Source of the DNA: Macrostomum lignano
Taxonomy: Eukaryota
Assembly (NCBI GenBank): GCA_002269645.1
Contig: NIVC01004518.1
Coordinates: 1-43,488 of the forward strand
Reading direction: 5' to 3'
DNA length: 43,488 bases
The notes beneath the pieces were generated by a model. The model was not told the DNA's origin and made no database searches. It was given only the letters and a program-made list of their open reading frames with translations. The number at the start of each line of letters is the position of its first letter. Position 1 is the first letter of the stretch. The position numbers and the translations under genes were made by a program. Below are positions 42,458-43,488 of this stretch, piece after piece.

Positions 42458-43488
42458 CTGCCCTGTCTCTACCATTCTACCCTGTCTCTACCATTCTACC
42501 CTGTCTCTACCATTCTGCCCTGTCTCTACCATTCTACCTCTGTCCTACCATTCTGCCCTGTCTCTACCATTCTGCCCTTTCTCTACCATTCTGCCCTGTC
42601 TCTACCATTCTACCTTTCTCTACCATTCTGCCCTGTCTCTACCATTCTGCCCTGTCTCTACCATTCTACCCTTTCTCTACCATTCTGCCCTGTCTCTACC
42701 ATTCTACCCTGTCTCTACCATTCTGCCCTGTCTCTACCATTCTACCCTGTCTCTACCATTCTGCCCTGTCTCTACCATTCTACCCTGTCTCTACCATTCT
42801 GCCCTGTCTCTACCATTCTGCCCTTTCTCTACCATTCTGCCCTGTCTCTACCATTCTGCCCTGTCTCTACCATTCTGCCCTGTCTCTACCATTCTGCCCT
42901 GTCTCTACCATTCTGCCCTGTCTCTACCATACTGCCCTGTCTCTACCATTCTGCCTTTCTCTACCATTCTGCCCTGTCTCTACCATTCTGCCCTGTCTCT
43001 ACCATTCTGCCCTGTCTCTACCATTCTGCCCTGTCTCTACCATTCTGCCTGTCTCTACCATTCTGCCCTGTCTCTACCATTCTGCCCTGTCTCTACCATA
43101 CTGCCCTGTCTCTACCATTCTGCCCTGTCTCTACCATTCTGCCCTGTCTCTACCATTCTGCCCTGTCTCTACCACCCTTCTGCTGTCTCTACCATTCTGC
43201 CTGTCTCTACCATTCTGCCTGTCTCTACATTCTGCCCTGTCTCTACCATACTGCCCTGTCTCTACCATTCTGCCCTGTCTCTACCATTCTGCCTGTCTCT
43301 AACCATTCTGCCCTTCTCTACCATTCTGCCTGTCCTCTACATTCTGCCCTGTCTCTACCATTCTGCCCTGTCTCTATCTCTACCCATTACTGCCTTGTCT
43401 CTACCATTCTGCCCTGTTCTCTACCAATATGCCCTGTCTCTACCATTCTGCCCTGTCTCTACCATTCTGCCCTGTCTCTACCATTCTG
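42458..43488. repeat. 19-bp minisatellite (CCCTGTCTCTACCATTCTG)n running off the window end
   Basis: More than 50 copies. Confidence 0.95.

Overview
Eukaryotic (animal) genomic DNA with GC-rich exons and introns packed with minisatellites. The style resembles a free-living flatworm such as Macrostomum; this is inference, not verified. Genes supported by protein motifs plus GT-AG boundaries: the last two coding exons of ECHDC3 (+); an orphan Neurexin-IV/Caspr/glycophorin-C-like TM+tail exon (+); a complete 5-exon, about 934-aa AMPA/kainate-like ionotropic glutamate receptor with a non-canonical pore loop and gate motif (+); a zinc-finger/coiled-coil/NHL gene (-); RNPC3 (U11/U12-65K) (-); the 3' six coding exons of DDB1 (-); and one unidentified first exon near the right end (+). 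The ECHDC3 intron holds a 5.3-kb dead CACTA/EnSpm-like element carrying a truncated Tnp2 transposase, a possible hAT-like fragment and a coiled-coil/BEN-domain gene. There are also a mariner-type MITE, a 156-bp foldback element and an 8.8-kb, apparently perfect 118-bp array whose unit matches, inverted, a transposon-like end just upstream. Most striking patterns: nearly all introns are phase 0, sit at AG|G junctions and carry a private minisatellite; the iGluR pore and gate are rewired; and the satellite appears transposon-derived. No CRISPR array, rRNA or intact tRNA was found. All coordinates and translations were read by eye.
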